A stretch of 64,000 nt of DNA from Isurus oxyrinchus (taxonomy: Eukaryota), in assembly GCA_026770705.1 (NCBI GenBank), contig JANJGN010000008.1, positions 137,082,001 to 137,146,000 on the forward strand. The letters are read 5' to 3'. Of this stretch, positions 1-12,897 are shown piece after piece. The translations under genes were made by a program, and so were the position numbers. The notes beneath the pieces were generated by a model. The model was not told where the DNA came from and searched no databases. It saw only the letters and a list, made by a program, of their open reading frames with translations. Each line of letters starts with the position of its first letter. Position 1 is the first letter of the stretch.

Positions 1-649
1 TTGAACAGTGAACTCAGAGGCAACCTGCTAGAAGGCTGATTTCGATGGCGGGTCCACTGCTGCACCAAGCGGGGTTGATGCCTGGAACTGATCCCAGCAC
101 TCAATGTTCCCAGTTCGGCAGATTCCAGCCTCTGCCTGTGGCACCTAATTCTTTACACCTCGAGTCTCCAGAAGTCTGTTTTTAACTCGCTTCTCCTCTG
201 TCATCACCAAGGTGGATGGCCAAAAGATGAAAAGTTTCTTTGCACTAACTGATGATTCCTGCAGCAGCAGGGAAGGGTGGCTTCATTTGAGCGCTTGTCA
301 CTGCTGATCACTGGACTGATGCGACCATGGTTCCTCATGCACTTGGGAAATTGGGCACAATTCAATGAACCCAACCAAGCAAAATGGTTGGAAACTCACC
401 TTTCTGTCCTGGGGGCACCTTTTAGTTTTGTGAGCAGGAACTGGTTCAGGCGAGCATATTTTTAAGGTCATGACTACTGTGTAGACCAATGTAAATATGG
501 GCACATCTCATTTACACCCAAGGTTTCCTGATCCTTATGCATTTGACTTGGTTCCAATTAGACTGTGCTGTTATCTGGTTGGAAATCAAATGGAAAGTGA
601 GTTGGCTATCTTTGACATTCTCCACTGTTGCTGCAGCTTTAACTGGTCA

Positions 650-1350
650 CAACTCCTCCTTCCCACCCCCCAGGATCTGTGTCTGCCTGGGAGTCCCCAC
701 CAACAACCCTCGCCATCCCTTCTACAGCTACCGACACACCCTAACCCTTCCACCCTACCGGCTTCCTCTGCCACCTCTCGTTCTCATCATTCCCTCCTAC
801 CAAGCCCACCCTCAATTCGCTCCCCAAGAGGCAGTCATTGACTCCGCAGGCTCCTCCTTGCATATTCAGCTGGATACACCCCTCTTATTCCCGCCCCACT
901 GTGGACACCTTCCTCTCCTCGGCCACCTTCCTCTCCCCAGACACCTTCCTCCCTCTGGATACCTTTCTCCCCACAGACAGCTTCTCTCTCCGAACTCCCT
1001 CCTCCTCCTCCAAGACACTTTCCCCCCCAAACTCGTTCCTCCCCCCACCCCGCCCCCAAACCCCTTACACCCAGCATACTCCTTCCCTTACACCTTCCAT
1101 CCTCCTCCCTTCTTACACCAACCTCCCCACTTGCCGCAATCTCCCTGATTACACCCTCCTCCCATGTACTCGCTCCTCCCTACTCCCAGCCTCACCACTC
1201 CCTCCAAAACCTTTGTACCCCACTCCCAACCTCATCTGCCCCAGAAATCTTCATCCCCCCCTCCCAACCTCAACCCCCAACACCTTTGTTTCCCCTGCCC
1301 CCGCTGAACACTTTCCTCTCCCACTCACAGATGGGCCTTCCTCTCTTCCC
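650..1350. repeat. C/T-rich low-complexity tract
   Basis: Strong C-rich strand bias with loose 'acacctt(c/t)ct' repeats; explains the Pro/Leu/Ser-rich ORFs 537..1148 and 838..1440. Confidence 0.8.
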
Positions 1351-1879
1351 ACCTCACCAATCATCAGAGCAGCCCATGGCCAAGACCATGATGTTCCAAA
1401 GCAAAGGGAAAGCATCAATGGAGATCTCTACCTTCCATGAGCTGCTTCACAGGAGAGACATATCCATGAGAACCCACCCAGCATGCAATGCACATGTTCC
1501 TCCAGGGACCAGCCGCTGTAGGGCTCCTGCATCTTCTGCTCCTCGGATGTCCGTGATTTGAGCAAGGACCTAATGGTGAGTCCCGACTTCTGCAGGTCAC
1601 GCTTGTCCAGGCTGGTGTGTTTTCCCGCCAGAGTAATGGTAAATCTGGCATTGGGGGAAACGATTCTGGTCGGGCCTTATTTTGTATCCCGTTACCAGGA
1701 TGCAAATCAAGTTCACACCGTCTTCCAATGGGATTCATTTTCCATCAAGGCAGACCCCATTGGATGATCCCGATGTGCTTTCACGCTTGCATGAAACTAA
1801 TTTCTGCCCCTCACATTGAATTGTCCCCAGCCCCGCTCGCCTAGACACCCAACACCAATGGGAGCAGAAAATTCCGGCC
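1350..1879. mobile_element. Right end of a PIF/Harbinger-type non-autonomous element
   Basis: Ends in aaaattccggcc (1868-1879), like the right TIR of the MITEs at 47109 and 49009; CpG-rich subterminal region; left end not identified. Confidence 0.45.
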
Positions 1880-2754
1880 TGAGTTTCCTCTGCAAATCCT
1901 CTAAAGTCGCAACCCAGAAAGAAGAGAATGGGAAAGTTCTTAAAGGATATTGCAAATGAGCTTCTGAATTGATTACAATGCAATGAACCAAGCATTATTG
2001 GGACATATCTGCATGATGAAAGCTTAATTTGTGGGTGGACGAAATGTCAGTTAATAACTTGGAGGCTTTTACTAAATAGCTTTGGAACAGGTGAAAAATC
2101 TGGGAATCTTGTGCTTAACTCAGGAAACATATACTTCAGAAGGTAGTGACTGCCAGTCCCATTATAACTGTGCAACACAATGTGTATCAGATTTTAATGG
2201 GTACAGAATGACAACCACACAGAGTACAGACCCAAGAGAGCTGCAACTAATTGCACAGCTGCTCCAAGAAACCTAAGGCCCTTAATTGCGCACGCTGGCA
2301 CTTTTAACAGCTAACCAATCTTCAGTGTTCCAGGGCAATGATCCCGCAGCACATTGTGGAATTTGAAATTTGTATTGCAGCGCTGATACATTACCTTTCT
2401 CCTTTTCCTGCTACAGAACACAGAGAAGTTCAGTTGCAGTTTAAAGTCTCTAAGGGACAATTCAGATTGGAATATGTATGTTGCATATTGGACTACCTCA
2501 GATCAGTTGGAAAGATTTACTATACTTCAGCCTCCAGTTCTGAGAGATATGTTACTGCTGTTCTGAAGCTATGTTCTAGTTGGTTAAAGGTTTGTGGCAG
2601 AGTACTTGAAAATTGAGAGCTGTTCAATTACTATGATGAACTTTGTGTTATAACTTTAAATATCCAGGAAATGCTGAGAAATTATGACATTTTTCCAGGT
2701 GAGTGCACAATATCACCTGTGCATAATGCACCACAAAAGTATCATGGGAGTCCC

Positions 2755-2975
2755 AATGCTTTCAGCACTAGAATTCCCTCCCTAAACCTCTCTGCCTCTC
2801 TGCTTTCTTTTTTTCCCCCCTCCCCCTTAAAACCTACCTCTTTGACCAAACTTAAGTCTCCTGTTCTAATACCTTATTTTGTGGCTGGGTGTTAAGTTTT
2901 TTTTGATGTTGCTCCTGTGAAACACCTTGGGATGTTTTACCATATCATATAAATGCAACATAAATGCAATTTGTT
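2755..2975 (+). mobile_element. L2-type LINE 3' end fragment
   Basis: ccttaaaacctacctctttgacc...ctgtgaaacaccttgggatgttttac...ataaatgcaa resembles the L2 3' tail. Confidence 0.6.
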
Positions 2976-3541
2976 TGACTGTCTTCATACCACAATGGTT
3001 GCGAATATAGAAGTTTTTGGGGATAATTTGTTTTTCTTAGCTTTCTGTTGGGCGACTCAAGGAATTATCAAAGAAAACTGAGAACTCAGGGAATGGGAGG
3101 GAATTTTCAAGCACCTGAACTTCCAAGATATAAAAACGAGATAGATCCAGAGATGAACAAAGATATGTTAGGTGTGGTAGAGAAGGATTCTGGTGCCAGG
3201 AAATATTTTGGAAAAGGTTTGGATAGCTGCTTTGTTGGGATACTGGAAATTAATGGTGGCATTTTTAGATAAATCAAAAAAAATCTGCTGAAGTTCTTGC
3301 ACATTGAATAAAAGTGATCATGATGGTCCAAAATTTGCTTTCAAAAACACACTTATGCGAATGGCATTTGCTGTTGCCTTTGCATAAATGCCACAGAACT
3401 TCAGGTGTGAACAGATGTGGCCTTAAACTCAGAAATCTCAATATTGCTCTCAGAGATGTGTTACTCTGCTGTTGGTTTCAGAAAAACAGCTTCTCACTGT
3501 CTGCCTCCTCGTTGAAATGTATTGAATGGCATGAAACTGCT

Positions 3542-4713
3542 AGCTGGAATCTCATGTTGTAACCGGCAGTGAGAAACTAGGTGAGTAGGCACACTTAATT
3601 GTGCGGGAGGTGTAATGTCAGCTTCAACGGCAGGATGAAAGTAGAAATTAAGGTTGCGGTGGGTTGAAGGCGGATTGAGCCTCCAGGTGGCAAACAGCGG
3701 GAACCTATTTGTAATGCATTAGCATGTCATGCACACTCATTAAAAAACCATTTTGCAAGATTGAATGGCACCTTTGCAATTAACTCTGCAGCAAATGAGA
3801 GACATGTGCCTTCAGATTCATGACTAGTTAAAGGTGGCATGCAGCAGGTGAGGTAGTCTTCCTTGTGGATTTGGACTGATTGGGAGCTACTTTTCTCTCG
3901 TGGGGAGCTTTGATGAACCATGGGAGAGGAAGAATTGATACATTGAGATTGGGTAGTGGCAGGGCAAGTGTAGATGGAGGAAGGTTAAAGTTGGTGGAGG
4001 CAGGTTGATGACTTCAAGCTCCAGGATCATTGTGGGAGTGTTCAGGGACATAGCTGTGACAACACAAAGAGGTCTCCGGAGTACAGCTTGAGGATTAAGA
4101 TGACCACGGTGGGGTGGATGGAAACCAGGTTACAACCGATGCAAAGTGTAGGGCTCCCCATTTGTCAAAAGCTCTCAGGTCAGGAGGGAGGGTCTACTGC
4201 TGTCACCACTGGGAAACAGGATTTCCCCCTATTCCCGAACAGACTGAAGGAGAACTTGCAGAGCGGTATTGCTAAACCATGGGGCCACTCATGGTCTGCT
4301 CTGAGACATCACTCCAAAATTGCAGGTGTCAGCAGTTGTTGTAGCTTCTAGGGGGTGAAATATGAACATATGAAATCTGGTAGCAACGATTGACATCACC
4401 CGGGCAGGAAAGGATGATCAAAAGGTTCTAGAAGTAGCGCCCGCTCACACAGCCAGATTGATGCTGCTGGATTGCAGGAGTGCCATCCAGGTGCCCTTTA
4501 AATATGGCACCCGGACCTTCGACTCCATGAGGTGATGCCGTCGACTTCCTGTACACCTCCGCCACTTGATTGGCTGGACACATCATCCATGTGTATTTAA
4601 TTGGTCAGCTACCATGTGATTGTGCATGGCTAGCCATGTTGCCTCCAAGCGGAAGTCCTGTGCCCTTCTGGTCCTGCTTTTGGAATACTCGATGTCACAT
4701 CAAGATCCTGGCC
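3542..4713. mobile_element. Old Harbinger-type non-autonomous element
   Basis: Imperfect TIRs agctggaatctcatg / catcaagatcctggcc; internal tttaaatatggcac motif shared with the Harbinger derivative at 24308-25035. Confidence 0.45.
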
Positions 4714-4864
4714 ACTCTTTTTGCATTGGAGATATAAACTAAACTCACCATAGAAATTAAATCACATCCATTTCAGTTTAAATACACTTTTAATGAGGTG
4801 CTAAGTGTTAATTAGGCCAATCAACCTCACTGGAACCGAAAATGAACTAATACAAATATGTAAT

Positions 4865-4962
4865 TAAAAACAGAAAATGCTGCTAAAACTCAGCAGGTCT
4901 GGCAGTATCTGTGGAGAGAGAAACAGAGTTATCATTTCAAGCCCATATGATCCTTCTTCAGA
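4865..4962 (-). mobile_element. Short Penelope-type tail element with degenerate hammerhead motif
   Basis: Reverse complement reads ctgaagaaggatcatatgggcttgaaatgat...ctctccacagatactgccagacctgctgag; same family as 63299-63431. Confidence 0.7.
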
Positions 4963-5699
4963 GATAAAGAGCTACAAATATGTATAGTCTCAGTCCTTCA
5001 GGTTTTAATTGCTTTTGCAGATTTTAAAAATGTCAAATTTAAAATTAAAACTTCTTTTACTTTTCTTTCTGTCTCTCCTTTGCTTTTTTAATATTTATTT
5101 CACTCTTTTTATTTCTCTTTCCCAGTTCGACATTTGACCTTTCATCTCAGCCCTTGCACTGTAAGTCCCACAATCCTTCAATCAGATTGGTTGAGGAGAT
5201 ACTCAGTTGCATGCCCTGATGAGTCAGGTCCCAGAGGGTTTGTTTCCCTCACTGTGACGTCATTAGCTCGAGCCTTGTGCAACTTCCTACACACAAAATA
5301 AAAATTAGGGATCAAAACACGACAGGAAAACTCCTGGCAAATGCCGTTAGAGTCAGTCCACAACAAATTGCAGGCTATTTCCTTTCTGCAAGAGTTCAGC
5401 CACAATGTCTAGAGGTAGGGGCACTGAAATGAGATTGATTGGTCATAATACTAGCACGCTCCTACAATTTCAAGAGTGGAGCAATGTTAATGTTGCTCTG
5501 AAATCCCTACAAAATTTAAACAGCACCTATAAACTGGGATACATGTGGACATAAATATTTATTGTGTTTCAGCCAGCTGATTCCATTATAGCTCCTAGAT
5601 AAAATGAAACACAAAAATGCTTTACTGAATCACAACATCAACTGAAATAAGATATTGCCTATGATTATTGATTAGGTCAAATCTGAGGTTGACAACAAA

Positions 5700-6135
5700 T
5701 AAAAAAAATCAAGCAGAGTACAGAAAAGTATAGAGGAAAAGCAAGAACGATTAGAAAGATTAAGAGAATGGATAAAGCAATGCAAGCATGGAAACAATGA
5801 GGTACAGGATTTTAGAAATACATTTTAAAAAGTATCATTTAAGAGATGGTAGGACTGATTAGAGATGAAAAAGGAAACTTTCTTATAGAGGATCAAAGAA
5901 TTTTGGAGTTATGAAATATAAGTAATTTGCCTCAGTTTTCATAGGATTCTGTTAGTGAAATTGAAAGGTCACAAGAAAAATAAGTGGATAATTGGAAGGC
6001 TAAATTTAGATAAGCAAATAGTACTGAAAGATAATTGGTGAAATTGAAAGTGGAAAAGTCACCAAGCCATGCTAGCTTGCGTGCTAGAGTATTGAGGGAA
6101 ATCTGAAAGGAACGATCAGAGGCCCTGACCGCAGG
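5700..6135 (+). mobile_element. Degenerate CR1 ORF2 fragment (pre-RT region)
   Basis: LKVEKSP...RVLRE-like motif at 6040-6100; probably the same copy that resumes at 8300. Confidence 0.55.
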
Positions 6136-6939
6136 GGGCTTGCCTTTTGGGGAGCATGACTTGCAAAGCTGTGCAGAGTAGCTTATGGGCTCCTGGGGGG
6201 GTCCTTGTTCAAAGCTACTCTGTGCCTGATTGAGGGACCTGGCATTGAGAAGAGGGACCGCACTCAGAGCCAATGACCATCCTTGCTGTGGAACCCCTCC
6301 CCACCCTATCTGCAACCCAGTCCCCAAGGTGATCAAACCAATTACCAACAAAAAATTTAAGGGATTCCTTAAAGGGGGATGGTGGGTGGGGGACAAAGAC
6401 AGGGTACAGGACAACCAGCCCAATTATGGAATGATTAAGAAATTCCAGGACAGTTGGTCACCCTGTCCCCGCCACCCCCCCCCCCCCCACCCCCCCCTTC
6501 CCCAAATCTGCCATCACTCGCATGTGACCTGGGACCCTGATCCTGGGCCATGGGCAGGTGTCATTCTAGCAGCAACCACTGCTTCCTTAGCTATGCTACA
6601 GTGCCACAATTGAGCCACCAGCTAATACCTTAGGGTGAAACAAAGACAGAAGATGTTGAAAGGACTCAGCCAGTGAGGCAACATCTGTGGAGAAAGTAGA
6701 ATAATCGACATTTTGTACCAGATTTAATGGAGGCAATGGGCATCTTGCCTGCTGGCTGGATAGCTGGCGGGAACCCCGTGTCTCTTCTTCTCAGGGAAGC
6801 CCATGATATTAAGTGTCACTCAGGCACTTAACTGGAGAGTAGTAGGCCTTCGCCAGGATAAAGGATCCCAGGAGCAGAAGTCCCACCCATCAGGATCTGT
6901 CAGCCAATCAGAGGCTGACAGCTTCACTAAGATTGTAGG

Positions 6940-7020
6940 TTGGACAGTATTGAAGGGGTGCTACAATCTCAATGTGCTGTCTTTTGGATTAGATGTTAAA
7001 TGAGGCACTGTGTCTCTTGC
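6940..7020 (+). mobile_element. Deu-domain SINE, central fragment
   Basis: cagtattgaaggggtgctac...gtcttttggattagatgttaaatgagg resembles the Deu core also seen at 32790-32850. Confidence 0.5.
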
Positions 7021-8057
7021 CAATGCAATAAGGCTGCTTGCACACATGCACTGGTCCAGTACACACACAGATAGTCAGACAAAGTATTGGTTCCAGAAAA
7101 CCTGGCAAAGTCTGGTATTACCCAGGGAATGTCTATTGGTGAGACAGAAGATACAGTGCCATCTCCCACTGATATTGTATCAGAGATCAAACACAGTATT
7201 AATCTCACACTCAGGAGCAGTGTCATCAAGTGATCAAATGTCCCATATTTAACCTTTCCTTGCCTGTTATAATCTCTGCATATTTCAGATAGAAATGTTT
7301 TTTTCTGCAAATCCAGACCTGCGCTACACATGGTCCCTCCCCCACTCTCTGCAATAAAACAGAGAGATGTCCCTGTCTCTTCAGAACCAGGATGTGTCTG
7401 GGCATAGTCAAAGTTTGTGTTAGTTTCCTTTTTCACAGATTCAGGGTGAGGAATCTGTAAAACAGTGGTGGAGAAATACTCGAACAGTGCATTTGCAGCA
7501 TTGGCAGAAAACACAGCCTAAACAAGGCTCCATTGCCATTTTGACAGATGTAAAATATCCCATGTTGCTGAAGTAGGAATCAGTGGGCTTATACTAGTAG
7601 GCTTAATATTCAAATGCTTTACTAATCTGAAAATAAGAGAGTTCCTTTCCTAGGTATGATGGGTTACTTGACCAAAGGTGGCTTTGGGGATGCTGGCTCT
7701 GCAGCTAGCAATAAATTGCTATACAGAGGAAGGAGATAAGCGGAACCGAAGGCTAGATAAGACAGTTGAGTTACCATGGAAACTAGCAGACCCAAGGCTG
7801 AAGGTTGAGATAATGGGACCACCTGCTGGGCCTGAATGATCCAATTCGTTGGAGGAATAGTATGGTTAAGGATTAATGATTGTTGCAGAACATTGCAGTG
7901 AAAGCAGAAAGATAGGAACTATAAATGCATGTTGTAAACTCAGTATCATTGAGAAGTTCCTTGGGTGACCACGATCTTCTCCTTTGCATATTCTTGAACA
8001 ATAACCTTTGCTTGTTTGAATTCCTCAGGTTCGGGACTGGTCCTTTTACCACAACCA

Positions 8058-8292
8058 CACTATTTCAAAGAAGAGGAAGTTCACCCTGGCCAATATTTAT
8101 CCTTCAAACAATGTGCCCCCCCCCACAAATACAAATCTGTTCATTATCACATTGCTGTTTGTATGCAAATTGACCGCCCTTTTCCCCTCATTACAAAAAT
8201 GACTACACTTCAAAAATACTTCATTGACTGTGAAACATTTTAGGGCATCATGAGGTCATAAAAGGTGCTGCATAAGTGCAACTTCTTCCTTT
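8058..8292 (+). mobile_element. Deu-domain SINE, 3' half (SacSINE1-like)
   Basis: ctggccaatatttatcc...cattatcacattgctgtttg...gactacacttcaaaaatacttcattgactgtgaaac...aaaggtgct with L2-type tail. Confidence 0.65.
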
Positions 8293-10296
8293 CTATATGT
8301 CCCAGGTCAATACGTTTCTAAAGGCCATGATTTGGAATTAAGTTAATATTCACTTGGAAAGACATGGGATTAATAAGGATAGTCAGCAAAGATTTGTAAA
8401 AGGTAAGCCATGTGTGATTAAAGCCACAATGGTTGTTTGAGCAAAGACTGGACAGTATTCATAAAAGCAATTTAGTTACTTTTAAACGTATCAATTTCAA
8501 AACCAGTTTTGGATAAGATTCTGCATATAAAATGAAGGCACACTGTATAGAAGAGAATTTATCAATATGGTTTGGGATTCAGTTAAAGGGCAGAAAAGAA
8601 TGGTAGTTAGTGGATCTCTTTCAAACTCTGAAGAGTGATATCCTCCACGGGTCAGTGTTGGCACTGTACTTCTCCACAGAACTTATAAATAATCTGTGAT
8701 TGTGCTTAAGGGACACAGTATAAAATTCTGCAGTTGATACCAAAGAAGTGAGTGTGATTAATTATGAAGAGATTTTAAGAAGGTCATAGGCAGATTGTTA
8801 GAATGAACGCACAGATATCTGATGAAATTTGATGGGGAGAAATGTGAGGTGAAGCATTCTGCAAAGAAATATATATGAGTTGGTAAAACCTGAAGCAGAG
8901 ACATTATGTTCAGATATTTATATGTTCAAAATTGGGAGGACAAGCAGTTAAGAAAGCATATGGGATACTAGGCCCGCTACAGAGGCATAAAGTATAAAAT
9001 CAAAGTGGTCGTTCTAAATCTATGCAAATCGTTGATTTGCAATTAGAATGCTGTGTTCAGTTTTGGGAACATTCCTTTAAGAAGATCTCAAAACCATGAA
9101 GAGGATGCAGAAGTTGATGCCAGGGATGAGAAGTTTTGTTTATGAAGAGAGGCCAGAGAAATTGAGGCTCATTTCATTAGAACAGAGATTCCTAAGGGTA
9201 GATTTGACAGAGGTGTTCAAAACTATGAAAACTTTTTATAAGGTAAATAGGGACAGGCCATTTTAATTAGTCAATGAGTCAGTGCTATGATCAGATGAGG
9301 AGGGGTGGAAGGTTCCCCTCATTTCCCTCTCCTCATTTAATTGCAACAGGTTTTTTGAAAAGGATATCCTTGCTAATCCAATGAGTGTTTAACTGCTTGC
9401 ATGCTGTGATCATAAAACACAAAATCAAAAAAGTTTACTTTTAAGTAAAAAAGAGGATAGTTTTTATTTTACTTAATCCGGTCTAAGTAACATATTAAAA
9501 TACGCCCTGACTTTTGCACACACAAACAGACTCGAAGTTCTCACACACGCAGATAGATTACAGAGTGGAGGAGAATAAGTTAAGCAAGTTGGAGTCTAGA
9601 AAAATAAAAGAGGTATACAGTCCATGGAGGTTAGTGACTTGGTTGGCTTCAGGCTGAATTTGGTGGCCCTGATGCTTTCAGTGTCACAGTGATTTAAAGA
9701 TATAGATGACAGTAGTGCTGGATTGGGTTCTTTGAAGAAATCTCTGTCTGCAACACCTCTATAATTACAATCAGCAAACAGGGTTCAAAAGTTTGCAAAT
9801 TGAGTGGAGAGAGAGGGGAGGAACCCACTCAGGTCTTGTTCCTTCAGCGTCCTCGATTGTTTGTCCTGTATTGCAGAGAAAACAGGTGTTTAAAACACAC
9901 AAATTGGTTGGGTTGTCACATGACTGTTCCTCTCCAACTGACCAGTAATTCAAACATTGTCATGGCTAGTGTATTCCAATTGATTAGATCATGTCAGGGA
10001 ATCTATCTCTTAGTCAGGGACCCATTGCCCAAGTGATTAGATTTACTGGTTTGTCTCCATCTAGTTGAGTACCCCAAGTTATTGTCCTGATGCTTTGCTA
10101 ATGGGACAGGAGATGTTGCTCACTCATTTTTCCCTGATGTCATTGTCTTTGGTGGGTTTCTGCAGACATGTGGTCTTCATCTCAATGGGATTGGATTGTG
10201 GAAGGTACATCAATGCAAATTGTGTAGCCATCTATGGCTGTGAGATCAGGTCACTGGAATGGGATTTTTAGTTTCTTTTTAAAGCAGATATTAATT

Positions 10297-11065
10297 GCCG
10301 TTTGATAGTACAGTATGTAAGCATTGCTGAAAAAGAAACAGGCTGTTGAAGTTTTTCATCTTGCACTCAACAGGACAGTATTCAAGCGTACTAATAGTAA
10401 AGGGAGCAACAACTTATACTGCATGAGAAGACAGTGCAGATTTGTTGGCAAGTGGACTCTGATTGGTAGATTGGCATTGTCTTGGAGAATTCACCTAGAA
10501 ACGGTTAACTTCCAAGCTTTTGTTCAAATTCAAACCAGGTGAATTGACTATGATTGGTCAAAGCATTGCCATGTAAAATGAACCAGGGAATGGCTGTCCC
10601 CAAAGCTTTTGTTTAGTTGAAAAAGGTGCAATGCATGGAACTGCTCCTTCTGTCTGCAAAGGACAGGGCCATGATTGTGAGTATATGTAGCTTCTAGCAT
10701 GTGTAAGTGACTGATATTGCAAACTAGACTGATAATCTTCAAGTAGTTTTAGTGTAATTCTTAAGACAATCAGGATTGCTTAGCAGATGTTGTCCAATCA
10801 CAGAATCACATCAAATGTTGGACACTATGTTTTGAGTTTTGCAAGCATGGGCTGGTTGGGTATGGGCTATATTTCGCCTGGTACAAACAGCTGAAGGGAT
10901 GTGCTGTTTGATACGATCTGCAAGTTATTGGGATGTATGGCCTACATAGCCGGCATCACACCAGCACCAAAATTCATACACCACATTACTCATGATAGGC
11001 AGAACATCTTTTTTGGTTTGACAGCAGCATACTGTTAGTGGAGAATACCACTTTCATTGCAACTG
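10297..11065 (-). mobile_element. Penelope-like element 3' part (GIY-YIG endonuclease relic + pseudo-LTR)
   Basis: Minus strand encodes SNVVYEFWCWCDAGYVGHTSQ*LADRIKQH and LHMLEATY..HGPVLCRQKE, typical of PLE GIY-YIG domains. Confidence 0.85.
10343..10378 (-). ncRNA. Degenerate minimal type I hammerhead ribozyme in PLE pLTR
   Basis: ctgtc-CTGTTGA-gtgcaagat-GAAA-aact-TC-aacag; core, short stem II and stem I recognisable. Confidence 0.6.
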
Positions 11066-11069
11066 CACA

Positions 11070-11652
11070 GTCCCAACGACTGGCGGATCTTATCAAACAG
11101 CATGTACCTTTGGCTGTTCACAACCAGCCCTTGCTTGCAAAACTCAAAACATATTCAATGTTAGATATGATTCCATGACTGGACAACACTTGTAAACAAT
11201 CCTGTTTGTACTAAAAATTACACTGAAAACGCGTTTAAGATTATCATCCAGGCTTGCAGTGTGGCTCACTTATGTTTGCTAGAAGGTGCATATATTCACA
11301 CACAAGGCCCTGTTCTTTGCAGACTGAAGGAGCATAGCCACACATTGTGCCTTTTTCAACCAAACAAAAGCTTGGTGGACAGCCATTCTCTAGTTTATTC
11401 CTCATGGCAATGCCTTGACCAATCTGAGTTGACCTGTCTGGTTTGAATTTGAACAAAAGCTTGGCAAGTAACTATTCCCAGATGCATTCTCCATGGCAAT
11501 GCCTCTACCAATCAGAGTCCACTTCCCAACCAATCAGCACTCTCTTCTCATGTGGTATAAATTGATGTTCCCTTTACTATTGGTACTCTTGCAAACTGCC
11601 CTGATGAATACAATGCAAAAAGCTTTAACAGCCTGTCTCTTTTTTCAGCAAT
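11070..11652 (+). mobile_element. Penelope-like element 3' part, inverted partner of 10297-11065
   Basis: SQRLADLIKQHVP and AHLCLLEGAYIHTQGPVLCRLKEH (ORF 11261..11446); mirrors the minus copy. Confidence 0.85.
11596..11631 (+). ncRNA. Degenerate minimal type I hammerhead ribozyme in PLE pLTR
   Basis: ctgcc-CTGATGA-atacaatgc-AAAA-agct-TT-aacag; deviations from the core fit CpG decay; palindromic AGCT stem III. Confidence 0.55.
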
Positions 11653-12261
11653 AAATAGATATTCATTTAGGGCTTTCCAGCCAGTGGACGCAAAAAATCA
11701 TTATTTGATATAAAGCATGTTTTTGTGACAGTCAAGAATTAGGCATACATTTAAGATCACAATCAAAGAAACAGGAGAGTTTAGGAGTTTTTTTACGTAG
11801 GGCTTCTTCAGACAAGAAGGTCTATCAGGAACAATATGAAAGCAGAATTTTTGTATTTTCTAATCAGAAAATATTTAAATGTATGAAAGCTAAAGATGTA
11901 AAAATTGTATGGGGAAGGGCAGGATTAATGGGGTTATAGAGATAGTTCTCTGAGAAAGTTAGTACAGGTGGATTGGGCCATGTCCTTCTGTGCGGTAAAA
12001 TTCTATAATTCTACCTTAGAACTCAGAAACGTACCAGGAGCACATTATTTCAAATACTGAAAATTGCATGTATATTAATGCAATATGTCTAATCTCCAAT
12101 ATTTTGAACAATGCACTCCAAGTATGGATGAATTTGTAGAAGTGTTGAAGACATTTGACTCACCACAATTCTCTGATTGTGGTAAACAGCGTGGCAAAAT
12201 CCGCTTTGTCTGCAGAAAAATAATGGGCGGTGAAGGTTCCAATTTTGGTCTATTTTTCTAT

Positions 12262-12897
12262 GGCCAGAATTTTTCGCTCGGCATGCAGGCGTGTGCTCAA
12301 CACACTTGAGCATAAAATGATGCATGATGATGCTGGGCAAACATCCTGATATCATCGTGCGCTTGAGCCATATTTCAGTTATGGGTGTGCGCAGGAGTTG
12401 GCAGAGCGCCCGCCGACAATTAAGCAGCCTATGAAGGCCCTGAATCAACTAATTGATTGAATTTTTCGCTGACCATCCGACTGTTCGGTTAGCGGGATGG
12501 GGGAGTTGGGGGGAGGAGTGAAATGGCAAGTGGCCTTTGCATTTTTGGTGAAACCTGATCCATAAAAAAGCTTTTAACACACATATTTAACATGCATTGC
12601 TCAGGTGACAGAGTCACATGAGGGGACATGTTTTCATTAGGTTAAAAATCTTTGTTTTTATTGATAAAAATCTTTTACTTTTAAAAGCTTTTACTGCACA
12701 CACCCATGCGCATGTGTGAACTTCAGCGCTTGCTCTCCTCCCACCAAGCGCAGCAGCCCGTGTTTCACAGTGGCTGGCCATTAATTGGCCAGCCAGCATT
12801 AAATCGTGGTCAGGGCCTGATCGTGGGCAGCAGTCTGTTTCTCAGCCACTCCCAGGCGCGCCTGTCACATCCTCCCAACGAGACCAAAATTCTGCTC
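12262..12897. mobile_element. Harbinger-type MITE
   Basis: TIRs ggccagaatttt / aaaattctgctc; flanks tat/tgt; colinear with 47109-47788. Confidence 0.8.

Larger units (their letters stand above)
9283..11730. mobile_element. Probable solo LTR (about 1.1 kb net) hosting a Penelope pair
   Basis: TG...CA termini with near-identical 5-bp flanks gtcag (9278-9282) / gtcaa (11731-11735); splits the CR1 cleanly. Confidence 0.65.
8300..12012 (+). mobile_element. Degenerate CR1 LINE (RT to 3' tail), interrupted by a solo LTR at 9283-11730
   Basis: RT motifs HLERHGLIKDSQ.GF, PHGSVL, KFAVDTK; sequence resumes at 11731; tail attctataattcta near 12000. Confidence 0.8.

Noticed and set aside
537-1440. 200-aa proline-rich ORFs
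   Set aside because: By-product of C-rich low-complexity DNA lacking stop codons
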